Assembly: GCA_965249285.1 (NCBI GenBank) | Contig: OZ252226.1 | Span: 1,256,068 to 1,320,067 of the forward strand | Direction of reading: 5' to 3' | DNA length: 64,000 bases | DNA from: Candidatus Foliamicus sp. | GTDB taxonomy: Bacteria > Pseudomonadota > Gammaproteobacteria > Steroidobacterales > Foliamicaceae | In this document: in pieces, positions 29,380 to 39,078 of the stretch | Layout: each line of letters opens with the position of its first letter | Numbering within the stretch: the first letter of the stretch is position 1 | The notes under the pieces: model-generated | Databases searched by the model: none | What the model saw: the letters and a program-made list of their open reading frames with translations, nothing else | Told to the model about the DNA's origin: nothing | Made by a program: the position numbers and the translations under genes

Positions 29380-30079
29380 GCTCGCTCCACTCGATGTTCC
29401 ATGCTCCGGGCGTCCAGCCCGGGGCCCGCGCAAGGCTCACGCGCCAGCTTCGTGCCCCGGGCAATTCAAAGCCACGCCAGACCAGGCCGGAGGGTGCGCT
29501 CGGCGCCGGTTCCACCCGCCAGCGGGTCTGGGCCGAGGTGGCTTCGCGAAGTTGGGCGCCGCGCGCCAGAAAAACCCTCGATCCGCCGCGCAGGGCGCGC
29601 AGCGACAGCCGCCGCGAAGCGGTAAAACCGTAATGCCGCTCCACCTCGGGCAGACAGCCCACCACCGCCAGCAATCCGGAGCAATCCAGAGCTTGCTCCA
29701 ACGACCAGAGCAACTCGCGTTCATTCTCCGGCTCAACGAACAGCACGCTGCGGGGGTCAAGTCCGATGGATTCCAGTCCCTCACCGCAGGGCAACCCCCA
29801 CCGGCGGGAAGCGGCGCGGGTCTGAACCCATACCAGGCGTAGTTCCGATGCCCCCGGCAGCTCCGCAGCGCAGCACATAAACAGCGAAAGCGCGGCCGCC
29901 CGGCCGGCGCCCCGCCCCCCCAGAAACTCATGAACGCCGGGGTGCGCAAGCGCCGCAAGCGGCCAGCTACGATCCGGCGCCGGGCGGGATACCCCGGTCA
30001 AAGACTCAAGCCGCGCGCTCAAACAGCGCCTCCCTGCGGCCACCGATCCAGCCCGACGGCCTGCTCGCTCCAGTCCCAC
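29315..30079 (-). CDS. imuA: ImuA, RecA/SulA-like translesion-synthesis protein
   Basis: About 235-254 aa, first gene of the imuA-imuB-dnaE2 cassette. The start is ambiguous. ATG 30079 lies inside the SDR gene, while TTG 30022 overlaps the SDR stop as TTGA. Confidence 0.7.
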   Translation of the reverse strand: MGLERAGRRAGSVAAGRRCLSARLESLTGVSRPAPDRSWPLAALAHPGVHEFLGGRGAGRAAALSLFMCCAAELPGASELRLVWVQTRAASRRWGLPCGEGLESIGLDPRSVLFVEPENERELLWSLEQALDCSGLLAVVGCLPEVERHYGFTASRRLSLRALRGGSRVFLARGAQLREATSAQTRWRVEPAPSAPSGLVWRGFELPGARSWRVSLARAPGWTPGAWNIEWSEHENRLRMAASPAEASTVRAAG

Positions 30080-30927
30080 AGCCGCTCCATTTCCGAGCGG
30101 TCGTAGGATGCCGGCGAGCTCTCCTTGGTGGCCAGGTGCTCCCAGTACTTGCCGTTCTCATCCGCCACCATCGGGGAGGCCGCCATGTACACATAGGTCT
30201 TCACCGAGCGCTCCGGATCGTTGAAGAACGGCCTCAGCAGCTTGCAGCCCAGGCGGAACAGCCCGCGCATATTGTCGTACACCGTGGTTTTGATGAAGAA
30301 GCCCGGAGAAATCGCATTGACGGTCACGCCGCTGCCCTCCATGCGGCGGCCCATCTCGTAGGTTGTGAGCGTCATGGCCAGCTTGGATTGCTGGTAGGCG
30401 GCGAAGGCGCCCCGGTTGGAGATCGAGCGCCGCCCCCAGGGCTTTCTGCATTCCATGTCGTCCCAGTTCAGGGGGCCGCCGGCCTTGTGCCCGTCCGAGG
30501 AAATCATCACCACGCGCGCCGGCGCCGACTCCTTCATGCGATCCAGCAGCAGCCGGGTCAGCAGGAAATGACCCAGGTGGTGCACGGCCATGTGCTGCTC
30601 GAACCCGTCCTCGCTCAGCCCGTACACGGGATTGACGACCCCGGCGTTGTTGATCAGCACGTGGAGTTTGTCGTAATGCTCAAGCACATGCCCGGCGAGC
30701 GAGCGCACCTGCGTAAACGAGGAGACGTCGCAATGCACGAATTCCAGTTGATCGTTGCCGGTCAGCTCGGCGATTTCGTCGCGCGCCTGACGACCTTCCC
30801 CGTCCTTGATATCGACCAGGATCAACCGCGCGCCCAGCAGAGCCAGCTCGCGCGCGGCGATCCGCCCCATGCCCCGGGCAGTGCCGGTAAGAAGACAGGT
30901 CTTACCGCGCATGCTCTGCTCAATCAT
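30019..30927 (-). CDS. SDR family oxidoreductase (retinol-dehydrogenase-like)
   Basis: Cofactor motif TGTARGMG, NNAG, and catalytic Y..xK in AYQQSK. Confidence 0.85.
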   Translation of the reverse strand: MIEQSMRGKTCLLTGTARGMGRIAARELALLGARLILVDIKDGEGRQARDEIAELTGNDQLEFVHCDVSSFTQVRSLAGHVLEHYDKLHVLINNAGVVNPVYGLSEDGFEQHMAVHHLGHFLLTRLLLDRMKESAPARVVMISSDGHKAGGPLNWDDMECRKPWGRRSISNRGAFAAYQQSKLAMTLTTYEMGRRMEGSGVTVNAISPGFFIKTTVYDNMRGLFRLGCKLLRPFFNDPERSVKTYVYMAASPMVADENGKYWEHLATKESSPASYDRSEMERLWDWSEQAVGLDRWPQGGAV

Positions 30928-30976
30928 CGTTCACACGCCTCTCACTTGACCTTTAAGTTTATCCCCGTATAGCACT

Positions 30977-31125
30977 TGGGAGAGAGGACTTCCTGCCCTC
31001 CACCTGGGAGAGAGGACTTCCTGGGAGGGAGGGCTTCCAGCCCTCCACCTTGGGAGAGAGGGCATCCTGCCCTCCATCGAGGGCTGGAAGCCCTCGATCC
31101 CAGCGGGGAAGCCCTCGTTCCCAGG
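30977..31125. repeat. REP cluster, gggaga/ctcc variant
   Basis: Sequence tgggagagaggacttcctgccctccacc x2, gggagggcttccagccctccacc, tgggagagagggcatcctgccctccatcgagggctggaagccctcgatccca, ggggaagccctcgttccca. Confidence 0.85.
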
Positions 31126-31126
31126 C

Positions 31127-32416
31127 TTAAAGGGCGTTGAGGCGCAGTTCCTTTGCGGCGGACAACAGGTAATTGCGCGCCTGGGGGTTCTCCAAGCCTA
31201 GCGCCATGCCCTCAAGGGCTTGCGCCTTGCGTTCGAAGTGACGCTTCTCCGAGGGCTCGATCAGCATCAACTGGTCGGCGAGATACGCTGCCCAGCGATA
31301 ATCCGTAAGCAGCAGCGCGCTGTCCAGCGCCTGATCCAGCGATATATTGCCGCTGGCCAGTTCGTGCAGTCGCCAGGCCAGTGTCCGCGGAGACAGCGGA
31401 ACGAGGCTGCCGGCCTTGCCGTCAAACCAGCCCATGTGGCGGGCATAAACCGAGCGCACGGCCCATTCCAGGGCGCCTTGGGTCTGCGCCAGCACCGGGC
31501 TGCCGGCAAGCTCTTGAGGCAGGCGTATCGCAGCGGCCAGTTCGCCGGGCCCCAGGCCTGCATCGATGCCCCGCAAGGTCTCGTCCCGCACGAAGCGAAG
31601 CGCCGCGGCATAGTCGGCAAGCGCACGGTCGATCACGGCCGCGCCATACAAGGGCCGGGCGTGACCCGGAATCAGCACTTCGGCCTTCTCGGCCCGCATG
31701 CGATCCAGACTGCGGGCCCACTCCTCAAGGTCCGCGCCGTAGTCGCCGATACCGTCGAGGTCGCCGGGAAAGGCCGGGTAGAAATTACCGCCCGTTATCA
31801 GCACCTTGCGCCGGGGCAGCCACACGTAGAGCTGATCCTGCGCCTCACCCGGGGCGGCGATAAGCTCCAGGTGCACCCCGGCAATGTGCACGCGATAGCG
31901 GTCGCCGTAGATCAGCTTGTCGGGAGGCAGGTAGCGATCCCCCGAGTCTTCATCCTGCGGCAAGGGGTCGATCAGCGTGGCGGTGCGTTGCTCCTCCTCA
32001 AGCAGCAAACCTTTCTGCCGCTGGCGACGCTTGCGCGCCTCCACGCCGACGACGCTACGGCGGAGTCTGAAGTTGCTGCGGGCGTAAATGTCCGGAAGGA
32101 AGAAGCGCCCGGTGAACGCCGCCGCGCCTGCCACGTGGCTCTGATCGCCATGGGTGTAGACCACCGCGACAAAGGGCAGATTCACCACTTCACGATAGGC
32201 GGCGGCGGCTCTTTCGGCCGCCTCGCCGGAGTGGTGCGCATCGACCAGAATCACCGCATCCCGGCCCACGATCATGACCGAGTTCGAAGGCCCGAAACCG
32301 ATTGCCGCGTATACCCCCTCGGCGGCCTTTACGACCTCCGCGGGCAGGCAATGCGGGGCGGAGAAGAACCCCAGCGCGGCAACAAGGATGCCCGCCGGCA
32401 GGCGGCGGCCGGTCAT
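31127..32416 (-). CDS. Secreted MBL-fold protein of the alkyl/aryl-sulfatase type (MBL + dimerisation domain, no SCP2 domain) with a degenerate metal motif
   Basis: Start at MTGRRLPAGILVAALGFFSAP (signal peptide); the ATG overlaps the upstream stop as ATGA. Where HxHxDH is expected the sequence reads YTHGDQSH. The C-terminal ENPQARNYLLSAAKEL resembles the alkyl-sulfatase dimerisation domain. Confidence 0.65.
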   Translation of the reverse strand: MTGRRLPAGILVAALGFFSAPHCLPAEVVKAAEGVYAAIGFGPSNSVMIVGRDAVILVDAHHSGEAAERAAAAYREVVNLPFVAVVYTHGDQSHVAGAAAFTGRFFLPDIYARSNFRLRRSVVGVEARKRRQRQKGLLLEEEQRTATLIDPLPQDEDSGDRYLPPDKLIYGDRYRVHIAGVHLELIAAPGEAQDQLYVWLPRRKVLITGGNFYPAFPGDLDGIGDYGADLEEWARSLDRMRAEKAEVLIPGHARPLYGAAVIDRALADYAAALRFVRDETLRGIDAGLGPGELAAAIRLPQELAGSPVLAQTQGALEWAVRSVYARHMGWFDGKAGSLVPLSPRTLAWRLHELASGNISLDQALDSALLLTDYRWAAYLADQLMLIEPSEKRHFERKAQALEGMALGLENPQARNYLLSAAKELRLNAL

Positions 32417-33063
32417 TCCCAAGGCGCGAGGACCCGTGATACGGAAAGCCAGGACCCCACCGGAACAATCATGGATTGCAGCCGCTTCTCGGTTGCGATG
32501 CGTTGATTGAAGACCTGGATACCGTATGCGGGATGGCCGGGAGCCAATTCCTCGTGGCCATGGCCGAAGCAATTGGTGTTGTCGCCAAGGATCAGGCCTC
32601 CGGACCGCGTATGCTCAAGGGCGAAATCCAGCGCGTCGCTGTAGATTTCCTTGGCGGTGTCGATAAACACCAGGTCGAAAGGAGCGTAACCGGCAAGTTC
32701 CGGCATCACGTCCAGGGCGCCGCCCAACACGATCCTGACCCGATCATCCACGCCGGCGCGGCGAAAGTTCTCGCCGGCGACTTCGGCGTGCAGGGGTTCC
32801 CATTCATTCGTCACCAGCAGACCATCAGGCGGCAGGGCCCGCGCCAGCCAGATTCCGGAATAGCCGGCCAGGGTGCCGAATTCGAGAATCCTGCGGGCTC
32901 CGATAAGGCGCGCCAGGAGATTCAGCGCCTGCCCGGTTTCGGCATTGACGGAAATATCGGGCATCCCGCGCTCGACCGCCGCGGGCATGATCCCGCCGAG
33001 CAGTTCGTCCTCGTAGTCGAACAGGCTGCGGCGGTAGGCCTCAAGATCTGGATAGGCAGTCAT
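32413..33063 (-). CDS. Class I SAM-dependent O-methyltransferase (catechol/caffeoyl-CoA OMT-like)
   Basis: Start taken at MTAYPDLEAYRR. SAM motif ILEFGTLAGYSGIWLA, and DLVFIDTAKEIY is typical of the cation-dependent OMT family. Confidence 0.8.
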   Translation of the reverse strand: MTAYPDLEAYRRSLFDYEDELLGGIMPAAVERGMPDISVNAETGQALNLLARLIGARRILEFGTLAGYSGIWLARALPPDGLLVTNEWEPLHAEVAGENFRRAGVDDRVRIVLGGALDVMPELAGYAPFDLVFIDTAKEIYSDALDFALEHTRSGGLILGDNTNCFGHGHEELAPGHPAYGIQVFNQRIATEKRLQSMIVPVGSWLSVSRVLAPWE

Positions 33064-33122
33064 AGGCAAGCAGGAAAAAACACCACGGCGTAGTATATCG
33101 GCCAAACCGAACGGAGGATTGC

Positions 33123-33359
33123 ATGGCCACGGCAAGCGAGAAAAAGTGGATCGTTGAGGATTTTCTCAAGCGCTGCAACGACTACGCGGCGGACATGATT
33201 GTGAAGTACCGCAAGTCGCTGAGCGCAGCGAACGCGGAACAGGAACTCGCGCTGCAGGACAAGATCAGCCACTGGGTGGCGTATCGCGCCTTCAACGAGC
33301 ACGCCATCATGGAACTTCACGGCGCCGAACTCGACGAGTGGTTCGATGACGATGACTGA
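33123..33359 (+). CDS. Small acidic hypothetical protein (78 aa)
   Basis: Clean ORF ending in ...LDEWFDDDD. It overlaps the decarboxylase start by 14 nt. No family was recognised. Confidence 0.5.
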   Translation: MATASEKKWIVEDFLKRCNDYAADMIVKYRKSLSAANAEQELALQDKISHWVAYRAFNEHAIMELHGAELDEWFDDDD

Positions 33360-34755
33360 ATGCCTGGATACCGCGGCGTTCCGGCGCCACGCTCACGAGG
33401 TGGCGGACTGGATTGCCGACTATTTCGAAACGGTGGAGCGCTACCCGGTGCGCTCCCGGGCGCAACCCGGCGACCTGCTTGGCGCGCTTCCGGCCAACGC
33501 GCCGGAGCAGGCCGAGCCGATGGAGCGCATCCTGCAGGACTTCCGCCGGTTGATCCCGCCGGGCATCACCCACTGGCAGCACCCTTCCTTCTTCGCCTTT
33601 TTTCCCGCCAACTCCAGCCCGCCATCGGTGTTGGCGGAAATGCTGACCGCGGGAATCGCCGCCCAATGCATGCTTTGGGAAACCTCCCCGGCCGCCAACG
33701 AGCTGGAAGCGCGCATGATACAGTGGCTGCAGGACCTGCTGGGACTGCCGAGTGACTGGCGGGGCGTGATCCAGGACTCCGCCTCGGGCGCAACGCTGTG
33801 CGCAATGCTTGCGGCTCGCGAGAAGGCGCGCGAGCAGGCAAGCCTCGACAAGCTGACCTTCTACACCTCCGGAGAAGCCAATTCCTCGGTCCACAAGGGC
33901 GCCCGAATTGCCGGTTTCCCGCTGGACTTCATTCGCAGCATCGAGACCGACTCGCGGCAACGAATGATTCCCGCCGCCCTGGCCCAAGCAATCGAGGCCG
34001 ACCGGCGAGCGGGCAGAACGCCGGCATGCGTGGTCGTTACGATGGGAACCACGGGCACGGGCGCCGTGGACCCGCTGCAGGAAATCGGCGCAATCTGCCG
34101 CCGCGAGGACGTCTATCTGCACGTGGATGCGGCCTGGGCCGGCAGCGCTGTGATACTGCCGGAATATCGCCACCTGCTCGACGGCATGGAGCAAGCCGAT
34201 TCCTTCGTGTTCAATCCCCACAAGTGGATGTTCACCAACTTCGACTGCTCCGCGCACTTCCTCAAGGACCCGGAATCGCTTCAGCGTTCGCTCTCGATCA
34301 ATCCCGTCTACCTGCAGAACACGCGTGATGAAAAGATCACCGAGTACCGGGATTACGGAATATCGCTGGGCCGCCGTTTTCGGGCGCTAAAGCTGTGGTT
34401 CGTGATTCGGGCTTTCGGCGCCGAAGGTTTGCGGGAAAAGATCCGCTCACACATCCGCTGGACCAAGGACCTGGCGCGGGAGATTCAGGCCGCCGAAGAT
34501 TTCGAACTGGTCACGGGCCCCAACCTGGCGCTGATCACCTGGCGCTACGCCCCGCGCGGAGTCAACTCTGAATCGCTGGACCCGCTAAACGAACGCCTGC
34601 TGCAAGCCATCAACGACGACGGGCGCCTGTACCTCACCCGTGGCTCCGTGGACGGCCGCATGGTCATCCGCTTTTCCATCGGCCAGACCTGGACCGAAGC
34701 CAGGCATGTGCACTCCGCCTGGAAAACGATTCAGGAAATCTCCATAACACTCTAA
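33346..34755 (+). CDS. PLP-dependent aromatic-L-amino-acid/tyrosine decarboxylase family protein (group II)
   Basis: Contains HWQHPSFFAFFPANSSPPSVLAEML and the PLP-lysine motif FNPHKWMFTNFDCS. Confidence 0.88.
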   Translation: MTMTECLDTAAFRRHAHEVADWIADYFETVERYPVRSRAQPGDLLGALPANAPEQAEPMERILQDFRRLIPPGITHWQHPSFFAFFPANSSPPSVLAEMLTAGIAAQCMLWETSPAANELEARMIQWLQDLLGLPSDWRGVIQDSASGATLCAMLAAREKAREQASLDKLTFYTSGEANSSVHKGARIAGFPLDFIRSIETDSRQRMIPAALAQAIEADRRAGRTPACVVVTMGTTGTGAVDPLQEIGAICRREDVYLHVDAAWAGSAVILPEYRHLLDGMEQADSFVFNPHKWMFTNFDCSAHFLKDPESLQRSLSINPVYLQNTRDEKITEYRDYGISLGRRFRALKLWFVIRAFGAEGLREKIRSHIRWTKDLAREIQAAEDFELVTGPNLALITWRYAPRGVNSESLDPLNERLLQAINDDGRLYLTRGSVDGRMVIRFSIGQTWTEARHVHSAWKTIQEISITL

Positions 34756-34765
34756 TTAAGTTGAG

Positions 34766-36694
34766 CTAGTGCTGTTCAGCAGGTTTGCCGATGTCGGCTG
34801 CCGGTGGGCGTTTGCGCTTCTTGCGCTTGGTCTTCTTTTTGTTGTCCTGCTGATTCCAGTTGGGAGGGGGACTGGGCTCCTGCCCGTCCATGATCTCCTT
34901 GATCTGAAACTGCTCAAGGGTCTCATACTTCAGCAGCGCCCCAGCCATGGCGTGCAGGCGATCCGTGTTGGTTGTGAGAATCGTCCTGGCGCGCTCATAG
35001 GCAGTGTCAATCAGCTCGCGCACTTCCTTATCGATGGCGTGCACCGTGGCGTCCGATACCTGCTTGTGCTGGGTTACCGTCCGGCCCAGGAACACTTCGC
35101 CGTCCTCCTCGCTGTAGGTCTGCGGGCCCAAACGCCTGGAAAGTCCCCACTTGGTAACCATGTTGCGCGCGATCGCCGTGGCGCGCTCGATATCGTTGGC
35201 CGCTCCGGTGGTCACCGCATCCTTGCCGAAAATCAGCTCCTCAGCGACCCGGCCGCCGAACAGGCTGGTGATCTGGCTGATCAGACGCTGCCTGGAATGG
35301 CTGTGGCGGTCGGCTTCCGGCAGAAACAGGGTCACGCCCAACGCCCGCCCGCGTGGAATGATGGTGACCTTGTGCACCGGGTCGTGCTCGGGCACCTTCA
35401 GGCCCACGACGGCATGTCCGGATTCGTGGTATGCCGTGAGCTTGCGCTCCTCGGGGCTCATCACCATGGACTTCCGTTCGGTGCCCATCAGGATCTTGTC
35501 CTTGGCTCGCTCGAATTCGTCCATGGTTACCGAGCGGGCCCCTGTCCGTCCGGCAAGCAGGGTTGCCTCGTTGACGAGATTGGCGAGATCGGCGCCCGAG
35601 AATCCCGGCGTGCCGCGCGCCAGAGTGTTGACTGAAACGCTCTCGTGCATCGGGACCTTGCGCATGTGGACCTTCAGGATCAATTCGCGCCCGCGAATGT
35701 CGGGCAGCGGCACGACCACCTGGCGGTCGAAGCGTCCGGGGCGCAGCAGGGCCGGATCCAGCACGTCCGGACGGTTGGTGGCGGCGATGACGATAGTGCC
35801 GTCGCTGCCGGCAAAGCCGTCCATTTCCACCAGCAGCTGGTTGAGAGTCTGCTCGCGCTCGTCGTGGCCGCCGCCCAGCCCGGCGCCGCGGTGGCGTCCT
35901 ACCGCATCGATCTCATCGATGAAGATGATGCAGGGCGCTTGTTTCTTGGCCTGTTCGAACATGTCGCGCACCCGCGATGCGCCCACGCCCACGAACATTT
36001 CGACGAAATCGGAACCGGAAATCGTGAAGAACGGCACGTCGGCCTCGCCCGCGATGGCGCGCGCCAGCAGCGTCTTGCCGGTGCCCGGCGGGCCCACCAT
36101 CAGCACGCCCTTGGGAATCTTTCCGCCCAGGCGCTGAAAACGGGAGGGGTCCTTGAGGAATTCGACCACCTCGGCCACCTCCTCCTTGGCCTCTTCCACG
36201 CCGGCGACGTCTTCGAAGGTCACCGGCGTCTGGTCCGGATTCAGAAGGCGTGCCCGGCTGCGCCCGAACGACATGGCGCCGCCCCGGCCGCCGACGCCGC
36301 CGCCCTGCATCTGGCGCATGAAATACAGCCAGATACCGATCAGCAGCAAAAACGGCAGAAGATTGAGCAGAAACGACAGCCAGGCATTCTCCGACTTCGG
36401 CTTGGGAGAACTCACCACCGCGCCGCCCTCGCTAAGCTGGCGCACCAACTCGGAGTTGTCGGTGGAAGGCGGGCTGTAGGTTACGAACTCCTGTCCGCTG
36501 ACCTGTGTTCCGCGTATCGTGCGGTCTTCAAGAATCTCAACCTCCTTGACGCCACCGTTGCGCGACAGCTCAAGGAATTGCGAGAAATTGATCTCCTCGG
36601 TCTCATTGGTACGGTTGTTCAGAGGCTGCAGCAACATCATCAGGGCGAGTGCAATCACCAGCCATAAAAACAGATTCTTGGTCAACTTGCTCAT
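34766..36694 (-). CDS. ftsH: ATP-dependent zinc metalloprotease FtsH
   Basis: Walker [15 protein letters not shown] region, and zinc motif HESGHAV. Confidence 0.96.
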   Translation of the reverse strand: MSKLTKNLFLWLVIALALMMLLQPLNNRTNETEEINFSQFLELSRNGGVKEVEILEDRTIRGTQVSGQEFVTYSPPSTDNSELVRQLSEGGAVVSSPKPKSENAWLSFLLNLLPFLLLIGIWLYFMRQMQGGGVGGRGGAMSFGRSRARLLNPDQTPVTFEDVAGVEEAKEEVAEVVEFLKDPSRFQRLGGKIPKGVLMVGPPGTGKTLLARAIAGEADVPFFTISGSDFVEMFVGVGASRVRDMFEQAKKQAPCIIFIDEIDAVGRHRGAGLGGGHDEREQTLNQLLVEMDGFAGSDGTIVIAATNRPDVLDPALLRPGRFDRQVVVPLPDIRGRELILKVHMRKVPMHESVSVNTLARGTPGFSGADLANLVNEATLLAGRTGARSVTMDEFERAKDKILMGTERKSMVMSPEERKLTAYHESGHAVVGLKVPEHDPVHKVTIIPRGRALGVTLFLPEADRHSHSRQRLISQITSLFGGRVAEELIFGKDAVTTGAANDIERATAIARNMVTKWGLSRRLGPQTYSEEDGEVFLGRTVTQHKQVSDATVHAIDKEVRELIDTAYERARTILTTNTDRLHAMAGALLKYETLEQFQIKEIMDGQEPSPPPNWNQQDNKKKTKRKKRKRPPAADIGKPAEQH

Positions 36695-36814
36695 TACTTA
36701 CATCGGGCGGGGGAACATTCGGCCTCAACAGGCAACCTTACACGATCAGGCCAGCCCGCGGCTGTCGCGCGGTCCGCCTGCTGAAGCATTATCACCTGAA
36801 TTGAGAACCTGATC

Positions 36815-37474
36815 TCATTTCGGCTGCGGCACGATCCGCAGGTAGGGCTTGGGCGCTTCCCAGCCGTCGGGAAACTTTTCCTTGGCCTGTTCATTGGAAA
36901 CTGCCGGAACGATGATGACATCCTCGCCCCAGTTCCAGTTCACAGGCGTAGCCACCTGGTGCGCCGCGGTGAGCTGGCAGGAGTCCAGAAGCCTCAGTAC
37001 TTCGTTGAAATTTCGCCCGGTGCTCATGGGATAGGTCAGCATCGCCTTGACCCGCTTGTCCGGCCCGATCAGGAACACGGAACGAACGGTGGCGTTATCG
37101 GCCGGCGTACGCCCTTGCGATTGGTCGCCGGCCGCGGCCGGCAGCATGTTATAGAGCTTGGCGACTTCCAGCTTGGAATCCCCGATCAGCGGATAGTTCA
37201 CGGCGTGCCCATGGGTCTCTTCGATATCCCGGACCCATTCCTTGTGATCGGTAACCGGATCGACGCTCAGTCCGATCACTTTGGCATTGCGTTTGTCGAA
37301 TTCGGGCTTGAGCCCCGCCATGTAGCCGAGTTCGGTGGTGCATACCGGCGTGAAATCCTTGGGGTGCGAAAACAGAATCACCCAGCCGTCGCCGATCCAG
37401 TCATGGAAACGGATCTCTCCTTCCGTAGTCTGGGCGGTAAAGTCAGGCGCCTCGTCGTTGATTCTCAAGCTCAT
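36815..37474 (-). CDS. 1-Cys peroxiredoxin (Prx6-like)
   Basis: Start at MSLRINDEAPDF. The active site is HPKDFTPVCTTELG. Confidence 0.9.
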   Translation of the reverse strand: MSLRINDEAPDFTAQTTEGEIRFHDWIGDGWVILFSHPKDFTPVCTTELGYMAGLKPEFDKRNAKVIGLSVDPVTDHKEWVRDIEETHGHAVNYPLIGDSKLEVAKLYNMLPAAAGDQSQGRTPADNATVRSVFLIGPDKRVKAMLTYPMSTGRNFNEVLRLLDSCQLTAAHQVATPVNWNWGEDVIIVPAVSNEQAKEKFPDGWEAPKPYLRIVPQPK

Positions 37475-37582
37475 TCGGCTTCTCCTTGATTGTCGGGAAA
37501 CATGGGCCGCAGGTCCCGAATGGCCTTCGAATTGTAGCAAGACACGTTTTCACCGCCTTTGACCGGCCTGACTCACACTCTT

Positions 37583-38449
37583 CTATTTGGGGGCGTTCAG
37601 GGGAATCCTCAAGTAGCGGCGCCCATTGGCTTCGGCCGGCGGCAGGCGCCCGCCCCGAATATTCACCTGCAGGGCCGGAAGCATCAGGCGGGGTGTGGAC
37701 AGATTTGCGTCCCGTTCCCGGCGCAGGGCGATGTATTGATCGCGCGAGATGCCGTCCCGGCAGTAGATGTTGTCCCGGCGCTGCTCTGCGACCGTGCTTT
37801 GCCAGGCGACTGCGCGCTTGCCGCCCGCCCCGTCATCGTGACCCACGAATACCCGAATGGCCGGATCCAGCGCAAGAATCCGGGTCAGCGATTGGTATAG
37901 AACGGCCGCCGAACCGCCGGGAAAATCGCTCCGCCCGGTTCCGGTGTCCGGCATCAGCAAGGTATCGCCGACAAAAGCAGCATCGCCGAAGACGTAACAA
38001 GCGCAGGCCGACGTGTGTCCGGGCGTGTGCAAGACACAAGCCTTGATCTCGCCCAGTCTGAATTCCTCAAGATCGGCAAACAAATGATCGAATTCGGAGC
38101 CATCGGCCGCAAAATCGTCTTGCAGATTGAACACATCGCCGAAATGCCGCTGCACCGATGTCACTCCGGCGGATATTCCGAGGCGTCCTCCGAGCCGCTC
38201 CTTTACGTATTGCGCCGCGCTGAGATGGTCCGCATGGACATGCGTCTCAATGATCCAGTCAAGGGTAAGCCCGGCTCCCTCCACCGCTGCAATGGCCCGC
38301 TCGACCGGCCGATAGCTGGTTTGCCCCGACGCCGGATCGAAGCCCAGCACCGGGTCGATCAGCGCGGCGCGTCCTGTTGCCGGGTCGCTCACCACGTAGG
38401 AAACGGAATGGGTCACCGGGTCCCGGAATGCTTCGACCAACGGTTTCAT
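37583..38449 (-). CDS. MBL-fold hydrolase, glyoxalase II / persulfide-dioxygenase-like
   Basis: Canonical THVHADH motif followed by TPGHT. Its start overlaps the rlmE stop as ATGA. Confidence 0.8.
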   Translation of the reverse strand: MKPLVEAFRDPVTHSVSYVVSDPATGRAALIDPVLGFDPASGQTSYRPVERAIAAVEGAGLTLDWIIETHVHADHLSAAQYVKERLGGRLGISAGVTSVQRHFGDVFNLQDDFAADGSEFDHLFADLEEFRLGEIKACVLHTPGHTSACACYVFGDAAFVGDTLLMPDTGTGRSDFPGGSAAVLYQSLTRILALDPAIRVFVGHDDGAGGKRAVAWQSTVAEQRRDNIYCRDGISRDQYIALRRERDANLSTPRLMLPALQVNIRGGRLPPAEANGRRYLRIPLNAPK

Positions 38450-39033
38450 GCCTGGCCTACCAGGTAGGTTTCGCGGCTGGCCCGCCTCGATGCCGAGGGG
38501 GTGCGAAGGCGCACTGTGGCCAGCCGGCCGCGCGCGCCGGCCACGAATTCCTCAAAGCCGCTTCCCTGAAAGAGTTTGGCCACAAACCAACCGCCCGGCC
38601 GCAGCAACGCCAGGGCTACCTCAAGTGCCATTCCGGCCAGCTCCATGGATCGCGCCTGATCAGCGTCCCGGTTCCCGCTCAAGCGCGGCGCCAGGTCCGA
38701 GATTATGGCATCGGCCGGGCCCCCAAGGGCGTCACGCACTCTAGCCAGAATTGCCTCGCATGTGACGTCGCCACGCAGCACACAAACTCCCTCAAGCGCC
38801 CTCATCGGTTCGATGTCCACCGCCACCACCGTTCCCCCGGGCGCCACCTTGCGGGCTGCGTACTGACTCCAGCCGCCGGGCGCCGCGCCGAGATCCACAA
38901 CCCGAGCTCCACGAGCCAGCAGGCGGTCACGGCGATCCAGTTCCGCAAGCTTGAAGGCAGCCCGCGAGCGCCATCCCTCGGCCTTGGCGCGCCGTGTCCA
39001 ATGATCCGCCCATTCGTCCGCTCTCTTCTTCAT
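38446..39033 (-). CDS. rlmE: 23S rRNA U2552 2'-O-methyltransferase RlmE (FtsJ)
   Basis: Contains GWRSRAAFKLAELD and VVDLGAAPGGWSQY. Confidence 0.92.
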   Translation of the reverse strand: MKKRADEWADHWTRRAKAEGWRSRAAFKLAELDRRDRLLARGARVVDLGAAPGGWSQYAARKVAPGGTVVAVDIEPMRALEGVCVLRGDVTCEAILARVRDALGGPADAIISDLAPRLSGNRDADQARSMELAGMALEVALALLRPGGWFVAKLFQGSGFEEFVAGARGRLATVRLRTPSASRRASRETYLVGQA

Positions 39034-39078
39034 GTATATTATCGATATATATTTTATAATATTGATATATATTGTTTT
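39034..39078. other. Extremely AT-rich 45-nt spacer between the greA stop and rlmE start
   Basis: Sequence gtatattatcgatatatattttataatattgatatatattgtttt has only 5 G/C in 45 nt. It contains two 14-nt direct repeats, TATCGATATATATT and TATTGATATATATT. Confidence 0.9.
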
